NCBI GenBank assembly: GCA_011911785.1 | Contig: GCA_011911785.1_4084.1 | Length of the DNA stretch: 64,000 bases | Origin: a phage | Direction: 5' to 3' (one strand) | Shown: positions 19,331 through 30,550 of the stretch, in pieces | Layout: every line of letters starts with the position of its first letter | Numbering within the stretch: the first letter of the stretch is position 1 | Translations under genes and position numbers: made by a program | The notes under the pieces: model-generated | Database searches by the model: none | Told to the model about the DNA's origin: nothing | What the model saw: only the letters and a program-made list of their open reading frames with translations

Positions 19331-19704
19331 ATGAATTGGATAGAAAAATTGATGCTTTGTATAAATCAATTGAAACCAATGAGGTTACTGTATATTATGG
19401 GAGACAGAGTGTACAACAATCAAATTCATGTTTACGTTTAACCATAACCTTAGATTCAAGAGATAATCCATATACTTGTGTTTTCAAAGAAAGAAACACA
19501 ATTGAATGGATTGGTTGGTATATAGATGACCGTCTTTCATACCTTTATGATTTTGAAAATTATGATGGTTCAGAAGTTTACTTGAATTCAACTGAAGAAG
19601 AATTATTTCAACTATCATTAATTGAAAAACATGTAATGTCATATGACAATTTACAAAAAATCAAGTCAATAATGAATTATGCTCTATCTAAGGTAAAGCA
19701 ATGA
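19324..19704 (+). CDS. EEYFQ-motif family protein (family A)
   Basis: C-terminal STEEELFQLSLIEKHVMSYDNLQKI. Confidence 0.65.
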   Translation: MVDELDRKIDALYKSIETNEVTVYYGRQSVQQSNSCLRLTITLDSRDNPYTCVFKERNTIEWIGWYIDDRLSYLYDFENYDGSEVYLNSTEEELFQLSLIEKHVMSYDNLQKIKSIMNYALSKVKQ

Positions 19705-20141
19705 ACATTAAATTAGTTAAAAAATATATCAGTACTTTTAATAAAATTAAATTTATCAACGATGGTTTGACTGATCCTGAAGAACAAATTAAAAATACCA
19801 CATACGTAGGTCAGAATTGCTTTAAGATTATTATTGAAAATAATGTATTATCATTATCAGTTAATAATCTGGTATATGGTGATCAGATGTATATCGTGCA
19901 CAATGTTAATAACAATAACTTAGAAATTATGCTTCGTGATGATAATGTTATCAAAATATATCAGGTACAAAATGTAAGTGAATGCACTACTGAAGAGGGG
20001 TATTTCCAGGAATCACTGGTTCAAACATTTAATATTGATTTCAAGGATTTAAAATATCTCATGAGTACGCTAACAAAAATGCGTTCAGCTATCTTTAACA
20101 TCTTTTTTATTGATGAACAGCGACAAATGGATGTAAAATGA
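19701..20141 (+). CDS. EEYFQ-motif family protein (family A)
   Basis: C-terminal TTEEGYFQESLVQTFNIDFKDLKYL. Confidence 0.65.
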   Translation: MNIKLVKKYISTFNKIKFINDGLTDPEEQIKNTTYVGQNCFKIIIENNVLSLSVNNLVYGDQMYIVHNVNNNNLEIMLRDDNVIKIYQVQNVSECTTEEGYFQESLVQTFNIDFKDLKYLMSTLTKMRSAIFNIFFIDEQRQMDVK

Positions 20142-20560
20142 ACCCAAGAGATTGTTTTGATTTGTTAAAGGGAATGCCTATAGATTCACTAGTACCTGAT
20201 AATAGGTTTGAGCACAATCTTGATTTTCATGGTGAAAATTACAATGTATATATAAGCTACAGTGATGATGAGAGTGAAGAACTAACATTTGTGTTCATTT
20301 ATAATGTTTTTGAAGGTGATAAGTTGTTGGATGTTGAAATTGCATCATATACTGTCACAAATCAATACGTTATCGAAGATGAACTTCGCAACAAATTTGA
20401 TATAACACTGTACAGTACTGAAGAAGAGTTGTTTCAGTTAAGTACTATCAGTGATGTGTGCACAACCGTCGAAGAGTTAGCAGACGTTAAGAAAATCATT
20501 GACACTGTGTACAACAAGATATACAATACATTCCATATTGAGAAACAATTGAAAGGGTAA
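20138..20560 (+). CDS. EEYFQ-motif family protein (family A)
   Basis: C-terminal STEEELFQLSTISDVCTTVEELADV. Confidence 0.65.
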   Translation: MNPRDCFDLLKGMPIDSLVPDNRFEHNLDFHGENYNVYISYSDDESEELTFVFIYNVFEGDKLLDVEIASYTVTNQYVIEDELRNKFDITLYSTEEELFQLSTISDVCTTVEELADVKKIIDTVYNKIYNTFHIEKQLKG

Positions 20561-20564
20561 CACA

Positions 20565-20825
20565 GTGACTACAGTAGTTCGTAAACGCCACATGATGAAC
20601 ATGGATGAATTCCGTACATTTGACAAATATCGCACTATGTTTCGTATGCTGACACAGGGGCGTCCAATTGTCATTGTAACAGAAAATTACATGTCACCTG
20701 AAATCATGTTTGGTAATTATGAAAAGGTTTTCATGTTGTATGTGAAGCGTGGATTATTAACTATCAAGACCTTAGCAGAAGCAACTGATGAAGACATGGA
20801 TGGTGATAACACGTTTACCATGTGA
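20565..20825 (+). CDS. hypothetical protein (86 aa)
   Basis: ORF with GTG start. Confidence 0.4.
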   Translation: MTTVVRKRHMMNMDEFRTFDKYRTMFRMLTQGRPIVIVTENYMSPEIMFGNYEKVFMLYVKRGLLTIKTLAEATDEDMDGDNTFTM

Positions 20826-20901
20826 GGAACTATGAGCGAAAAACCAAAAGAACCATTAGACCGTGATGATGATTACTACGACGAACGTTATGGTGATAAA
20901 G

Positions 20902-21153
20902 ATGAGTGAACATAGTGCAGTGCTAAAAAAGATTTTAAATGATCTGGGTAGTGAAATTGAAGTTTCAGACGAAGAATATGAATTTTGGAAAAAGGATTTT
21001 GAACAACTGTCCGAGAGTGATAAAGTGTTCAATATGATTGGTGTTGTCAGTCAGTACTTACTCGGTGGTGGTCGTGCTAGTGCTTCAATCCTTGCATCGG
21101 CAATCATCTGTACTGCCCGATGGTGTCAAGAAAAAAGTATTGACGATTTCTAA
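20902..21153 (+). CDS. hypothetical protein (83 aa)
   Basis: Start refined to ATG 20902. Confidence 0.45.
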   Translation: MSEHSAVLKKILNDLGSEIEVSDEEYEFWKKDFEQLSESDKVFNMIGVVSQYLLGGGRASASILASAIICTARWCQEKSIDDF

Positions 21154-21211
21154 ATTAGGAGATATAATGTTTGTATCAGAGAGAAAGAATGTATAAGGAA
21201 TTATATTTTGC

Positions 21212-21240
21212 TTGACAATGGAGCAATAATATTATACAAT
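21212..21240 (+). promoter_or_regulatory. sigma70-like promoter
   Basis: TTGACA, 17 nt, TACAAT. Confidence 0.5.
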
Positions 21241-21384
21241 TAATCAATCTTATACAACGAGGAAACTCCAATTGAAATATGTAATACTCCTTATTCCAGT
21301 GGGGTCATTCCGTGAAATTCTACCTACTGATGTACTGGATGGTCTTAAAAAGAGAAATCCACATAAGTTTTAAATAGTATTAAA

Positions 21385-21425
21385 AAGGACAATACTGGGC
21401 GAATATTCGTCCAGTATTTTATTTT
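21385..21425 (+). terminator. putative terminator (imperfect hairpin)
   Basis: ACTGGGCG-loop-CGTCCAGT then T-rich tract. Confidence 0.35.
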
Positions 21426-21439
21426 ATAAAGGATTATAG

Positions 21440-22300
21440 ATGGAACCGATACGTGTACTATCTTTGTTCAATGGGATGAGTGTAGGATATATTGCATTAC
21501 AAAATGCTGGTATAGCAGTTGATAAGTACTACTCATCTGAAATTGACAAATTTGCTATAGCTGAATCCCAGGCTAACTTTCCTGATATCATCCAATTGGG
21601 TGATGTAACCAAATGGAAGGAATGGGATATCGAATGGGACAAGATAGATCTACTGATGGGGGGTTTCCCTTGCCAAGCATGGTCAGTGGCGGGTAAACAA
21701 GGTGGATTAACTGATATCCGTGGTCAACTATTTCTGGTTATGGTTGATATATTCAATCATATTAAAAGTTTAAATCCTAACTTGAAATTCTTATTCGAGA
21801 ATGTTAAGATGAAGGAAGATTTCAAGGAATATATCAATGGTATATTGCAACTAACCCCAGTACTGATAAACTCCCAGCATTACACGCCTCACTTCAGGCA
21901 ACGTTACTACTGGTACAGTACTGATAAGTTATTCATACCACCTGCAATATCCAAAGCCCCAAAGCTTCAAGATATACTTGATGATGGTTGGTACACAGAC
22001 AGAACCGCTTCGTACTGTATTGATGCCAATTACTTCAAGGGTGGAGATCCGAATCAGTACTTCAATAAGTCAAGAAGACAAATCGTTTTCAAAGACCCTG
22101 ATATCAACAGGAACTTCCTGATTGAGAAGGGTAAACGAAATGTGGACTATCGACATTTGACAGTGCAAGAGTGTTGCATTTTACAGGGAGTTGATGTAAA
22201 CTATTTCAAAGTGTCAAGTAACACACAAGCGTACAAAATGCTTGGTAATGGCTGGACAGCACCTGTTATAGAACATTTACTTCGTGATATATTCTTTTAA
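21440..22300 (+). CDS. DNA (cytosine-5)-methyltransferase
   Basis: Motif IV GGFPCQAWSVAG, motif VI FENVKM, motif VIII-like RQRYYW, motif I-like LFNGMSVG; short (286 aa). Confidence 0.8.
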   Translation: MEPIRVLSLFNGMSVGYIALQNAGIAVDKYYSSEIDKFAIAESQANFPDIIQLGDVTKWKEWDIEWDKIDLLMGGFPCQAWSVAGKQGGLTDIRGQLFLVMVDIFNHIKSLNPNLKFLFENVKMKEDFKEYINGILQLTPVLINSQHYTPHFRQRYYWYSTDKLFIPPAISKAPKLQDILDDGWYTDRTASYCIDANYFKGGDPNQYFNKSRRQIVFKDPDINRNFLIEKGKRNVDYRHLTVQECCILQGVDVNYFKVSSNTQAYKMLGNGWTAPVIEHLLRDIFF

Positions 22301-22315
22301 CCATTAGAGGCACAA

Positions 22316-23700
<1,385 letters not shown>

Positions 23701-23704
<4 letters not shown>

Positions 23705-24144
23705 CAGTACTGCACCAATTAAAGAAAGTTAAACATCCGGTAGTTTATAATGATTGGCTACGCCAGAAGGAGATGGGGGACTTTTACTACCCAAAGTCTA
23801 AAGTACTGGCAACGTCAAAAACTATATACCTGAAATATAACGATGAAGATTGTTTGTGTATTCAAATGGGATTCCATCCTAAAGTTGGATTGTTTACATC
23901 AAATCAAACATTTTATAAATTTAGAATTCAAAAAGATACATTTAGTATTCACATTGAAAAGCATGACGTAGAAGATACAATATATCGTGTGGAAAGTGAG
24001 CCTTTGAATCTTGTTGGGATTCCGTACAATAATTTAGAAGAAATGTACTTTCAGCAGTTGACAATACAAGAAGACTTTGGTATGATAGGACTTCAAGAGT
24101 TAGAGATGATTAAACAAATTCGTGATATCTACTTTAAGGAGTAA
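23701..24144 (+). CDS. EEYFQ-motif family protein (family A)
   Basis: C-terminal NLEEMYFQQLTIQEDFGMIGLQELEMI; ATGA overlap. Confidence 0.6.
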
Positions 24145-24146
24145 TT

Positions 24147-24290
24147 ATGCCAGTGCGTAACAGTACATCACGCTTTACACTTCAACAGAAAGCAGATCTT
24201 CTGAATATGGCTAATAAAGATTCTAATTTTTACTATCTAGTACTTGGTGGTTCAGTTGAAAAGATTGATCTACGCGAGTGTATGAAATAA
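24147..24290 (+). CDS. small hypothetical protein (47 aa)
   Basis: Untracked small ORF with RBS taaggagtaattATG. Confidence 0.4.
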   Translation: MPVRNSTSRFTLQQKADLLNMANKDSNFYYLVLGGSVEKIDLRECMK

Positions 24291-24302
24291 TAAGGGGACA
24301 AC

Positions 24303-24473
24303 ATGAGTCTGAGTGAATCCTGGAAACAGTTCAAAGAAGAGATTGGTTATCGTGGTGTATCGATTGAACCAATCAATCGTACTGAAAGCATTAAGGCCAG
24401 TACTAACGGTACTACCTATGACCGATATGACCCACGATACGGGTTACATGAAGAAGTCAAAAAAGAAGATTGA
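24303..24473 (+). CDS. small hypothetical protein (56 aa)
   Basis: Untracked small ORF, RBS aaggggacaacATG. Confidence 0.4.
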   Translation: MSLSESWKQFKEEIGYRGVSIEPINRTESIKASTNGTTYDRYDPRYGLHEEVKKED

Positions 24474-24499
24474 CAATATATCGAGAGTGTGTGATAATA
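24471..24499 (+). promoter_or_regulatory. sigma70-like promoter
   Basis: TTGACA, 17 nt, GATAAT. Confidence 0.5.
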
Positions 24500-24536
24500 C
24501 TCTCGTCTTTTAATTAAACAAAAAGGTAAAATAAAA

Positions 24537-25103
24537 ATGGCTGGATGTGAAAAGATTTGTGAATACAGTGATGAATACATTGGACATGAAATGTATCACC
24601 ATAAACGTAACCATATTCAAGTACTATCTAAGCACAGAAAACATTTCCGTGGTAAAGAGGCAACTCTTTTTGTTTTTGAAAATGGTTTGAAAGAAGTTTG
24701 GAAATCAGGTGGTCAATCCGACGCATCATTGGAATGTGTGAATCCAAATCCAACAGAAGAGAATTGGGATAATTATGAATACTTCCGCATGTTTAAACGT
24801 ACACCGTGGGGTAAATCCGAATGCTATGCTGTGTTTTTTGAAAACCTCGATGAATACAAAGCTGCACTGAAACAGTTCCAGCAACGACTGGTAATGGAAT
24901 ATGCATATTACCTGTACGTACCAGATGTACCAGGTAAAGTCGGTGGTATGTATCTTAACTTCTCAACTGATCTGAGTGCAGTTAAGCGTCGTTTGCGTCG
25001 TCTGGTAGGCACACGCAATCTTAAAATCAAATACATGAAAGGTGATTTCTGCGATTTCTATAATGAACAGAAATTGGTTAGAATCGGTTCAGAGGACATG
25101 TAA
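24537..25103 (+). CDS. hypothetical protein (188 aa)
   Basis: ORF with RBS aaaaaggtaaaataaaaATG. Confidence 0.6.
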   Translation: MAGCEKICEYSDEYIGHEMYHHKRNHIQVLSKHRKHFRGKEATLFVFENGLKEVWKSGGQSDASLECVNPNPTEENWDNYEYFRMFKRTPWGKSECYAVFFENLDEYKAALKQFQQRLVMEYAYYLYVPDVPGKVGGMYLNFSTDLSAVKRRLRRLVGTRNLKIKYMKGDFCDFYNEQKLVRIGSEDM

Positions 25104-25357
25104 TGGAACATCTTAAAACTATATGGGAACAAGTGAAAATCATCGTTGAATGTGTGGTATTCGCTCTTATGTCCTTAATCACAATTGTAGTTGCTTTGAT
25201 TCCATCCATCATTTATCAATATAATGGTGGAACTAACACTGATATTGACTTAGCATTGCGTATATTAGGTTTTGTGATTTGGCTCCTATTTGTTGTTTGG
25301 GTGATGAACCGCAAAAGTCCATATGAGCAAGATGAGAAATCGGATAATGAGTATTGA
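25103..25357 (+). CDS. small membrane protein (84 aa)
   Basis: Two hydrophobic helices. Confidence 0.55.
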   Translation: MEHLKTIWEQVKIIVECVVFALMSLITIVVALIPSIIYQYNGGTNTDIDLALRILGFVIWLLFVVWVMNRKSPYEQDEKSDNEY

Positions 25358-26141
25358 AAAGATATTAAAAGATAACTTAACAAAGTACTTGATGAATTGC
25401 GACCGTGATGTACGCCGTAATTTTAACGGGTACTTAAAACGTTATCCTTACATCATGTTTTGTCCTATTAAAATTAATAACGAGGAAGAACACGATTGTC
25501 TTCACATTGGATTCACAAATCGTGTACTGAATAAAAGTGAATTGTCTGATTCGGACGTATGGATTGAAACAGATGCACATGAGACTAATGTTTTCTATCT
25601 GTATACTCCATATGCAGAGATTGTACATAACATATGTGATGCTGTATTCATTAGTACTGATGAGTTTCCAAAACTTTATATAAAGCCAGCACCACTTAAA
25701 GTTGCTATCAATGCACCATCTGTCGGGGAGGATGTATTTGGTACAATACAGTACTGTGTAGAAGAACATTTGGATCGTGAGATTTCAATTGAAATGGCAG
25801 ACATGCTTGCTGATGCTGTATCTGAATGTACGGCCCTTGAAAGTTACCTTATATATGATAAATCGTATTATAATTTTAATAACATTGTTGAAGGTGAAAT
25901 CACAGTATGTATCAAATACAACAGTGAAGTTATTGGGTTTGTTCATTGTAAAGGGCATGATTTGTACCGTAAGAACATATCAGTTGTTGATCTAGAGAAA
26001 TGGAATCAGGTGATGGATTTAATCATTGACAACAGCGGTGTAAATGATATACTCGTTAAACAATATAGAGTAATCAACCCTAAAGATGACTGTGATTTGT
26101 ACTTCCCAGTACAAGGTGTAACTGACGAGGATAAGCGATGA
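25323..26141 (+). CDS. hypothetical protein (272 aa)
   Basis: ORF; start uncertain (25323/25335/25350). Confidence 0.5.
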   Translation: MSKMRNRIMSIEKILKDNLTKYLMNCDRDVRRNFNGYLKRYPYIMFCPIKINNEEEHDCLHIGFTNRVLNKSELSDSDVWIETDAHETNVFYLYTPYAEIVHNICDAVFISTDEFPKLYIKPAPLKVAINAPSVGEDVFGTIQYCVEEHLDREISIEMADMLADAVSECTALESYLIYDKSYYNFNNIVEGEITVCIKYNSEVIGFVHCKGHDLYRKNISVVDLEKWNQVMDLIIDNSGVNDILVKQYRVINPKDDCDLYFPVQGVTDEDKR

Positions 26142-26401
26142 AAATTTTAGAATACGTATATGGCAGTGAACATCAAAGCACTCTTTATGTTGGTAATGAA
26201 TTCAGTCCAGACCCTCTGGATATGTTACAACGCATTCAAGGGTTGAAGAAAGATATCAGTACTAAGGAACCGTTTGTTAAGCGTGTTGACGTTCAATCAC
26301 GCAATCCAGAAGAATATATTACCACAGATGCTGATATTAAAAAACTTCTTGCAAAGAATGGTTATGTTGAGTATAATCCTCACATCGTCAATCTTCAATA
26401 A
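26138..26401 (+). CDS. hypothetical protein (87 aa)
   Basis: ATGA overlap with upstream gene. Confidence 0.55.
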   Translation: MKILEYVYGSEHQSTLYVGNEFSPDPLDMLQRIQGLKKDISTKEPFVKRVDVQSRNPEEYITTDADIKKLLAKNGYVEYNPHIVNLQ

Positions 26402-26411
26402 GGGAAAGCGA

Positions 26412-26687
26412 ATGACCGAATCAACAGAAGTACTGAAAGAACGCCTATCTAAACTCCGTGAAGAACGCCGCATTGTTCGTCTGGATTGGGATATTCTTAA
26501 CCGCAAGGATGAACAATCCTATGCCAACTGGAGTTCAGATAAAGTTCGTAACGAACGTTCTAAAGAAGATGCTAAACAATTTTCAGCACTGTCCAAGCGT
26601 CTATCATGTCTGAATAGTGAGATTACTGGAATTCAAAAAGAAATCACTGAGCGTTTACTATCTGAACTGAGATCAATGTATGAATAA
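26412..26687 (+). CDS. hypothetical coiled-coil protein (91 aa)
   Basis: Start refined to ATG 26412 with RBS agggaaagcgaATG. Confidence 0.5.
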   Translation: MTESTEVLKERLSKLREERRIVRLDWDILNRKDEQSYANWSSDKVRNERSKEDAKQFSALSKRLSCLNSEITGIQKEITERLLSELRSMYE

Positions 26688-26976
26688 ACATGAAGTTCTA
26701 GTTTTTGATAATAAGTTCTATGTACCAACATGTGGAAGTACTGAATCATATTATCTAATTAATAATATCATGTCAGCAACCCAAACGTGTTGCCGTCAAC
26801 GTCCAGGTGAGTACGAGTTCAGCCAGACTATCGGGTATTACCGTTATACTGAGTTGGAAAGTTTCACAATTGATTCTAAAAAAGTTATTGACGTTCTTAT
26901 CAGTAACGGTTACAATGAACAAGAATCAAATAACACTGATTTACCTGTAGTTGAGATTGTTCTAAAAAATTCTTAA
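26680..26976 (+). CDS. hypothetical protein (98 aa)
   Basis: ORF. Confidence 0.5.
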   Translation: MNKHEVLVFDNKFYVPTCGSTESYYLINNIMSATQTCCRQRPGEYEFSQTIGYYRYTELESFTIDSKKVIDVLISNGYNEQESNNTDLPVVEIVLKNS

Positions 26977-27095
26977 GAAGTTGTGGAACAATTTCGAATC
27001 CAATGATATAATGTTTTCATCGGCAGATGTTAAAATGCAAATCACTTCCTCAATGATTGAGGGTTCTATAAAAAAGAAATAAAAGGGTATTAACA

Positions 27096-27305
27096 ATGGC
27101 ACAAGAAATTAAAGCACAAGTACTAGACGTAACTGATTTTGACCGCACTGTAAACTACATTCAGTTCCAAATTCACCAAGCGGAAGAAGCACTTGCTCAA
27201 TTCCACGGTACTGGTGCTAAGCCAATCATGTTCGCTCATCTCATCACTTGGAAGAAAAATCTCCAAGAAGAACTACACGAACTGCGTAAAGCAAATCGTA
27301 AGTAA
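27096..27305 (+). CDS. hypothetical protein (69 aa)
   Basis: RBS aaaagggtattaacaATG. Confidence 0.55.
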   Translation: MAQEIKAQVLDVTDFDRTVNYIQFQIHQAEEALAQFHGTGAKPIMFAHLITWKKNLQEELHELRKANRK

Positions 27306-27315
27306 TTAGGGTTTA

Positions 27316-27345
27316 TGCCCTGTCCATATGGATGGGGCTTTTTAA
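27316..27345 (+). terminator. putative terminator
   Basis: Imperfect palindrome around CCATATGG followed by TTTTT. Confidence 0.45.
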
Positions 27346-27370
27346 TCAAAAGTATAGAGGAAAAAAGAAA

Positions 27371-27910
27371 ATGGGTGTAGAATATTATTTTTTATTTGGA
27401 TGCCTTAGTGTTCTGGTGTTGATAACAGTAGGATTAATTATTAATACATGCATAAGTGGTTCTAAATATTTTCGTTCTTTCCAGTTTCTTATGTCAGCTA
27501 TGTCATATAATAAAGAAGCTGATACAGCCATTAATCTATTACTAGATAAGACTGAAGCTGGAATACTTATTGCGAAATTATCACCATCTGATGACACGAT
27601 TATGTTTGTCAATCCTAACGATGAAGAAACAACACTTGTAGCAAATCAATATCGCACTAGTCATGCAGATCCACGTTATGTTAAAGTTCTTAATTCAGAA
27701 GGTGAAATCTGGATTGGTTCTAAATACTATGCTTATGGATACATCCATCGTTACTACGGTCAACGAAAGGAAGAATTTTATAAGAAACGTCCAAGTTTAA
27801 ATACATTTAAACGTATTCTAAAACTTGAACACGAGTTAAAGAAACCAAGTTCAGAAAACGCAGCACCAAATCATGTGCATAAGCGTGATAGTGATATCGT
27901 GGAGTTATAA
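27371..27910 (+). CDS. membrane-anchored protein (179 aa)
   Basis: Start refined to ATG 27371 (RBS agaggaaaaaagaaaATG); N-terminal hydrophobic helix. Confidence 0.55.
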   Translation: MGVEYYFLFGCLSVLVLITVGLIINTCISGSKYFRSFQFLMSAMSYNKEADTAINLLLDKTEAGILIAKLSPSDDTIMFVNPNDEETTLVANQYRTSHADPRYVKVLNSEGEIWIGSKYYAYGYIHRYYGQRKEEFYKKRPSLNTFKRILKLEHELKKPSSENAAPNHVHKRDSDIVEL

Positions 27911-28206
27911 TGTCACCAGATGAAGCAAGTAAAGTCCTCGTTGAAGTTCAAAATCGACTTCTACACGTAATGGACGCAGTAAAAGATTTACCACAAGGAT
28001 ATCAGTACAAGGTTCGCGAAATGCTTTCTTGTGCTGAAACCGTAGTCTCGATGTATTGTGATGTTCAACACGGAATTATCCCTGAAGTTCTGAAGAAAGA
28101 TGTAACAGAAGAACGAGAAATCCCTGAAGAAGTTCAGGTAACACAAGTTGTTAAACAAAAAACAATCCTTGATATTAGTGATATCAATCTAGACTTAGGA
28201 GATTAA
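27910..28206 (+). CDS. hypothetical protein (98 aa)
   Basis: ATGA overlap. Confidence 0.55.
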   Translation: MSPDEASKVLVEVQNRLLHVMDAVKDLPQGYQYKVREMLSCAETVVSMYCDVQHGIIPEVLKKDVTEEREIPEEVQVTQVVKQKTILDISDINLDLGD

Positions 28207-28208
28207 AA

Positions 28209-28352
28209 ATGAGTTCACAGAAAGTTGATTTGGTTTTAAAACTCCAAGAGATTCAAGCACTTGCAAAAAATCTCGATGAAAAAAGTACTAAAATGGTAGA
28301 CGACCTCTGTGCATCTATTTTAGTAGTGTTTGCTGAAGCAGAAAAGAAATAA
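28209..28352 (+). CDS. small hypothetical protein (47 aa)
   Basis: Untracked ORF, RBS aggagattaaaaATG. Confidence 0.4.
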   Translation: MSSQKVDLVLKLQEIQALAKNLDEKSTKMVDDLCASILVVFAEAEKK

Positions 28353-28360
28353 AATATATT

Positions 28361-28390
28361 ACCCAGTACTTAGATACTGGGTATTTTTTT
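28361..28390 (+). terminator. intrinsic terminator
   Basis: ACCCAGTA-loop-TACTGGGT hairpin followed by TTTTTTT. Confidence 0.65.
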
Positions 28391-28401
28391 AAGGAAAATT
28401 C

Positions 28402-28794
28402 ATGACTGATACTGACTTACAAAAACTCATTGATTACATCTATGAAATGGTTCAAGATAAAAACAATATAAATTACATAGCTTCCGGCTCAAAACCAATT
28501 GGAAATGTAATGACATATTCTTTGTCTTTGTGGTTACATCAGTACTATAAGGTTGATTGTGTGTATTATCGCCCAGATATCAATGCATTTTATTTTGTGA
28601 ACCCAGCAGTATTGTTTGACCGATCAAAGAAGCTTCCAGATGATGAATCATTTATACCTAGTCCATTCTATGTATCCGAATCAGACGAAGACGAGTTCCA
28701 AAAAAATACTTCTTTAGAACGTGGTGCGGGATGTATCCCTTATAAACTCAAAGATAAAATTGATTTCATTGTAGAAGTTATGAAAACATGTTGA
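28402..28794 (+). CDS. family A-related protein (DEDEFQK subgroup)
   Basis: C-terminal SESDEDEFQKNTSLERG, similar to SDAEDEFQKRTVYEN in 33029..33412. Confidence 0.5.
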   Translation: MTDTDLQKLIDYIYEMVQDKNNINYIASGSKPIGNVMTYSLSLWLHQYYKVDCVYYRPDINAFYFVNPAVLFDRSKKLPDDESFIPSPFYVSESDEDEFQKNTSLERGAGCIPYKLKDKIDFIVEVMKTC

Positions 28795-28843
28795 TAAGTA
28801 CAGTGAACTATGATATAATACTATGACTTACTAAGGAGAACAT

Positions 28844-29413
28844 ATGAACTTTATTAAATTCAACTCATCTGAGTCAGAATCATACTTTAATACAAATAAT
28901 AAATTTAATATTATTCTTAAAGACGGAACGGTTGTTATCGGAGTATCATTGCTTTCATTTGATGGCGAAAAACTCAAAACTGTTTATAAATTCACCAATC
29001 TTGATGGTGATTACTGGGATACGTCAGATGTATCTAAAATTTGCACACATTATGTATTTGAATCTATTGAAGTTGGTGATGGCTGGGCATTGACCTGTAA
29101 TGGTAATAAAGTATTTTCTGGTAACATATTTGGGGTAATTTCCAGTAAAGAAATCGTAGACCATCATCTTCATGTTCTCAATAATAACGCCAACACTTAT
29201 ACACCTGATAATATCAAAATTCACGATATTGTAACATATACTGATTATAATGGTTTCAGACATAAAGCAATTGTAACTGAAGTTAAAAAACCAAAAAATT
29301 ATTTCGACCACGGTTTAATTGAAGTATATATGGTAGGTGGCGAAAAACAATACTTTGATCATTTCACTTATACTGGTTGGGATAGATTCCTAACCGTTGT
29401 TGAGGAATACTAA
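28844..29413 (+). CDS. hypothetical protein (189 aa)
   Basis: RBS actaaggagaacatATG. Confidence 0.6.
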   Translation: MNFIKFNSSESESYFNTNNKFNIILKDGTVVIGVSLLSFDGEKLKTVYKFTNLDGDYWDTSDVSKICTHYVFESIEVGDGWALTCNGNKVFSGNIFGVISSKEIVDHHLHVLNNNANTYTPDNIKIHDIVTYTDYNGFRHKAIVTEVKKPKNYFDHGLIEVYMVGGEKQYFDHFTYTGWDRFLTVVEEY

Positions 29414-29414
29414 C

Positions 29415-29891
29415 ATGCCAATTCGTGGTATACCAGAACCATTAAGTGAAGTTCTTAAGAATGTCAATGTTGGAACACGAGAAGTTAATCAGCGACGTGG
29501 TAATATATATTACTTTAAAACTACAGGAATGAGTTCTATACAGGTTGTTATTGGCACATCTATTACGGTCACGCGTGTTCTTGATGGTAGTACTGACTTC
29601 GTTGGATACAATGTACTTACTAATAAAGTAACACATACATATAAATGGAGTGGTTATAAAACCATCACATATGAGTTTGACTTAGCTAGAACTGAAGAAG
29701 AACGATTTATGTTGAGTACTATTAATCCAGCAAACTATCCTGACCTTGATGCATTTTTGCTAATTTTAAAATTGTATAATGAAGCAAATGAGAAAGCTAA
29801 AGAGTATGATAGAATCATGTATGAACGTAGAAAAGAACGTTCTCAAAAAAGTTATGATCTGTATGAAAGTTACATTCATAGATCCAAATGA
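29415..29891 (+). CDS. EEYFQ-motif family protein (divergent)
   Basis: Start refined to ATG 29415; C-terminal RTEEERFMLSTINPANYPDLDAFL. Confidence 0.5.
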   Translation: MPIRGIPEPLSEVLKNVNVGTREVNQRRGNIYYFKTTGMSSIQVVIGTSITVTRVLDGSTDFVGYNVLTNKVTHTYKWSGYKTITYEFDLARTEEERFMLSTINPANYPDLDAFLLILKLYNEANEKAKEYDRIMYERRKERSQKSYDLYESYIHRSK

Positions 29892-29929
29892 AATAAATAG
29901 TTACCTATAGATTAATCTAAGGAGTAACT

Positions 29930-30280
29930 ATGTTTAAAAGTAATCTTAAAGTAGAATTAATTAATAACGAAGGTCAACGTTGGAAAGTTCTAGAAGATCT
30001 AGAATACGAGTATAACGGTATTAAAATTGTTGTTCCCGCAGGTTTCAAAACTGATTTTGCAAGCGTCCCACGTATTCGTGGTATATTTGAACTAGTCGGT
30101 AATATGGGTCACGCCGCAGCAACAATACATGACTACTTGTATAGTACTGGTATGCTATCCCGTAAAGATAGTGATAAGGTGCTACTACAGGCTCTACGTG
30201 CTACTGAAGTTGGTAAGCCACGTAGTATGATTATGTATGCTGGTGTTCGTGTATTCGGTTGGTTGTTTTACAAAAAATAA
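29930..30280 (+). CDS. hypothetical protein (116 aa)
   Basis: RBS ctaaggagtaactATG; FKTDFASVPR...HDYLY motif. Confidence 0.6.
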   Translation: MFKSNLKVELINNEGQRWKVLEDLEYEYNGIKIVVPAGFKTDFASVPRIRGIFELVGNMGHAAATIHDYLYSTGMLSRKDSDKVLLQALRATEVGKPRSMIMYAGVRVFGWLFYKK

Positions 30281-30288
30281 AACTATTT

Positions 30289-30320
30289 ATGAGTACTGCA
30301 AGCAGTACTCATTTTTTTTA
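30289..30320 (+). terminator. intrinsic terminator
   Basis: TGAGTACTGC-AA-GCAGTACTCA hairpin followed by TTTTTTTT. Confidence 0.7.
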
Positions 30321-30333
30321 CTCCGAGGTACAT

Positions 30334-30549
30334 ATGAAAGTTATTATTAATCCAGCATCAAACTTTTTTGGTGAGGTTTTCGGTGCAGACAGTATTGTGC
30401 ATAATTTTCCACGAATTGAAATCGACGGAATTGAAGTCCAACGATATGGCAACCTGTACTATGTAATAGATGAAAATGGTTCTATTGTACACGACAGTGC
30501 ATTCTTTACCGAAGAAGAGATGAAACACTTGATAGTACTGGACAAATAA
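30334..30549 (+). CDS. hypothetical protein (71 aa)
   Basis: Start refined to ATG 30334 downstream of terminator. Confidence 0.5.
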   Translation: MKVIINPASNFFGEVFGADSIVHNFPRIEIDGIEVQRYGNLYYVIDENGSIVHDSAFFTEEEMKHLIVLDK

Positions 30550-30550
30550 A

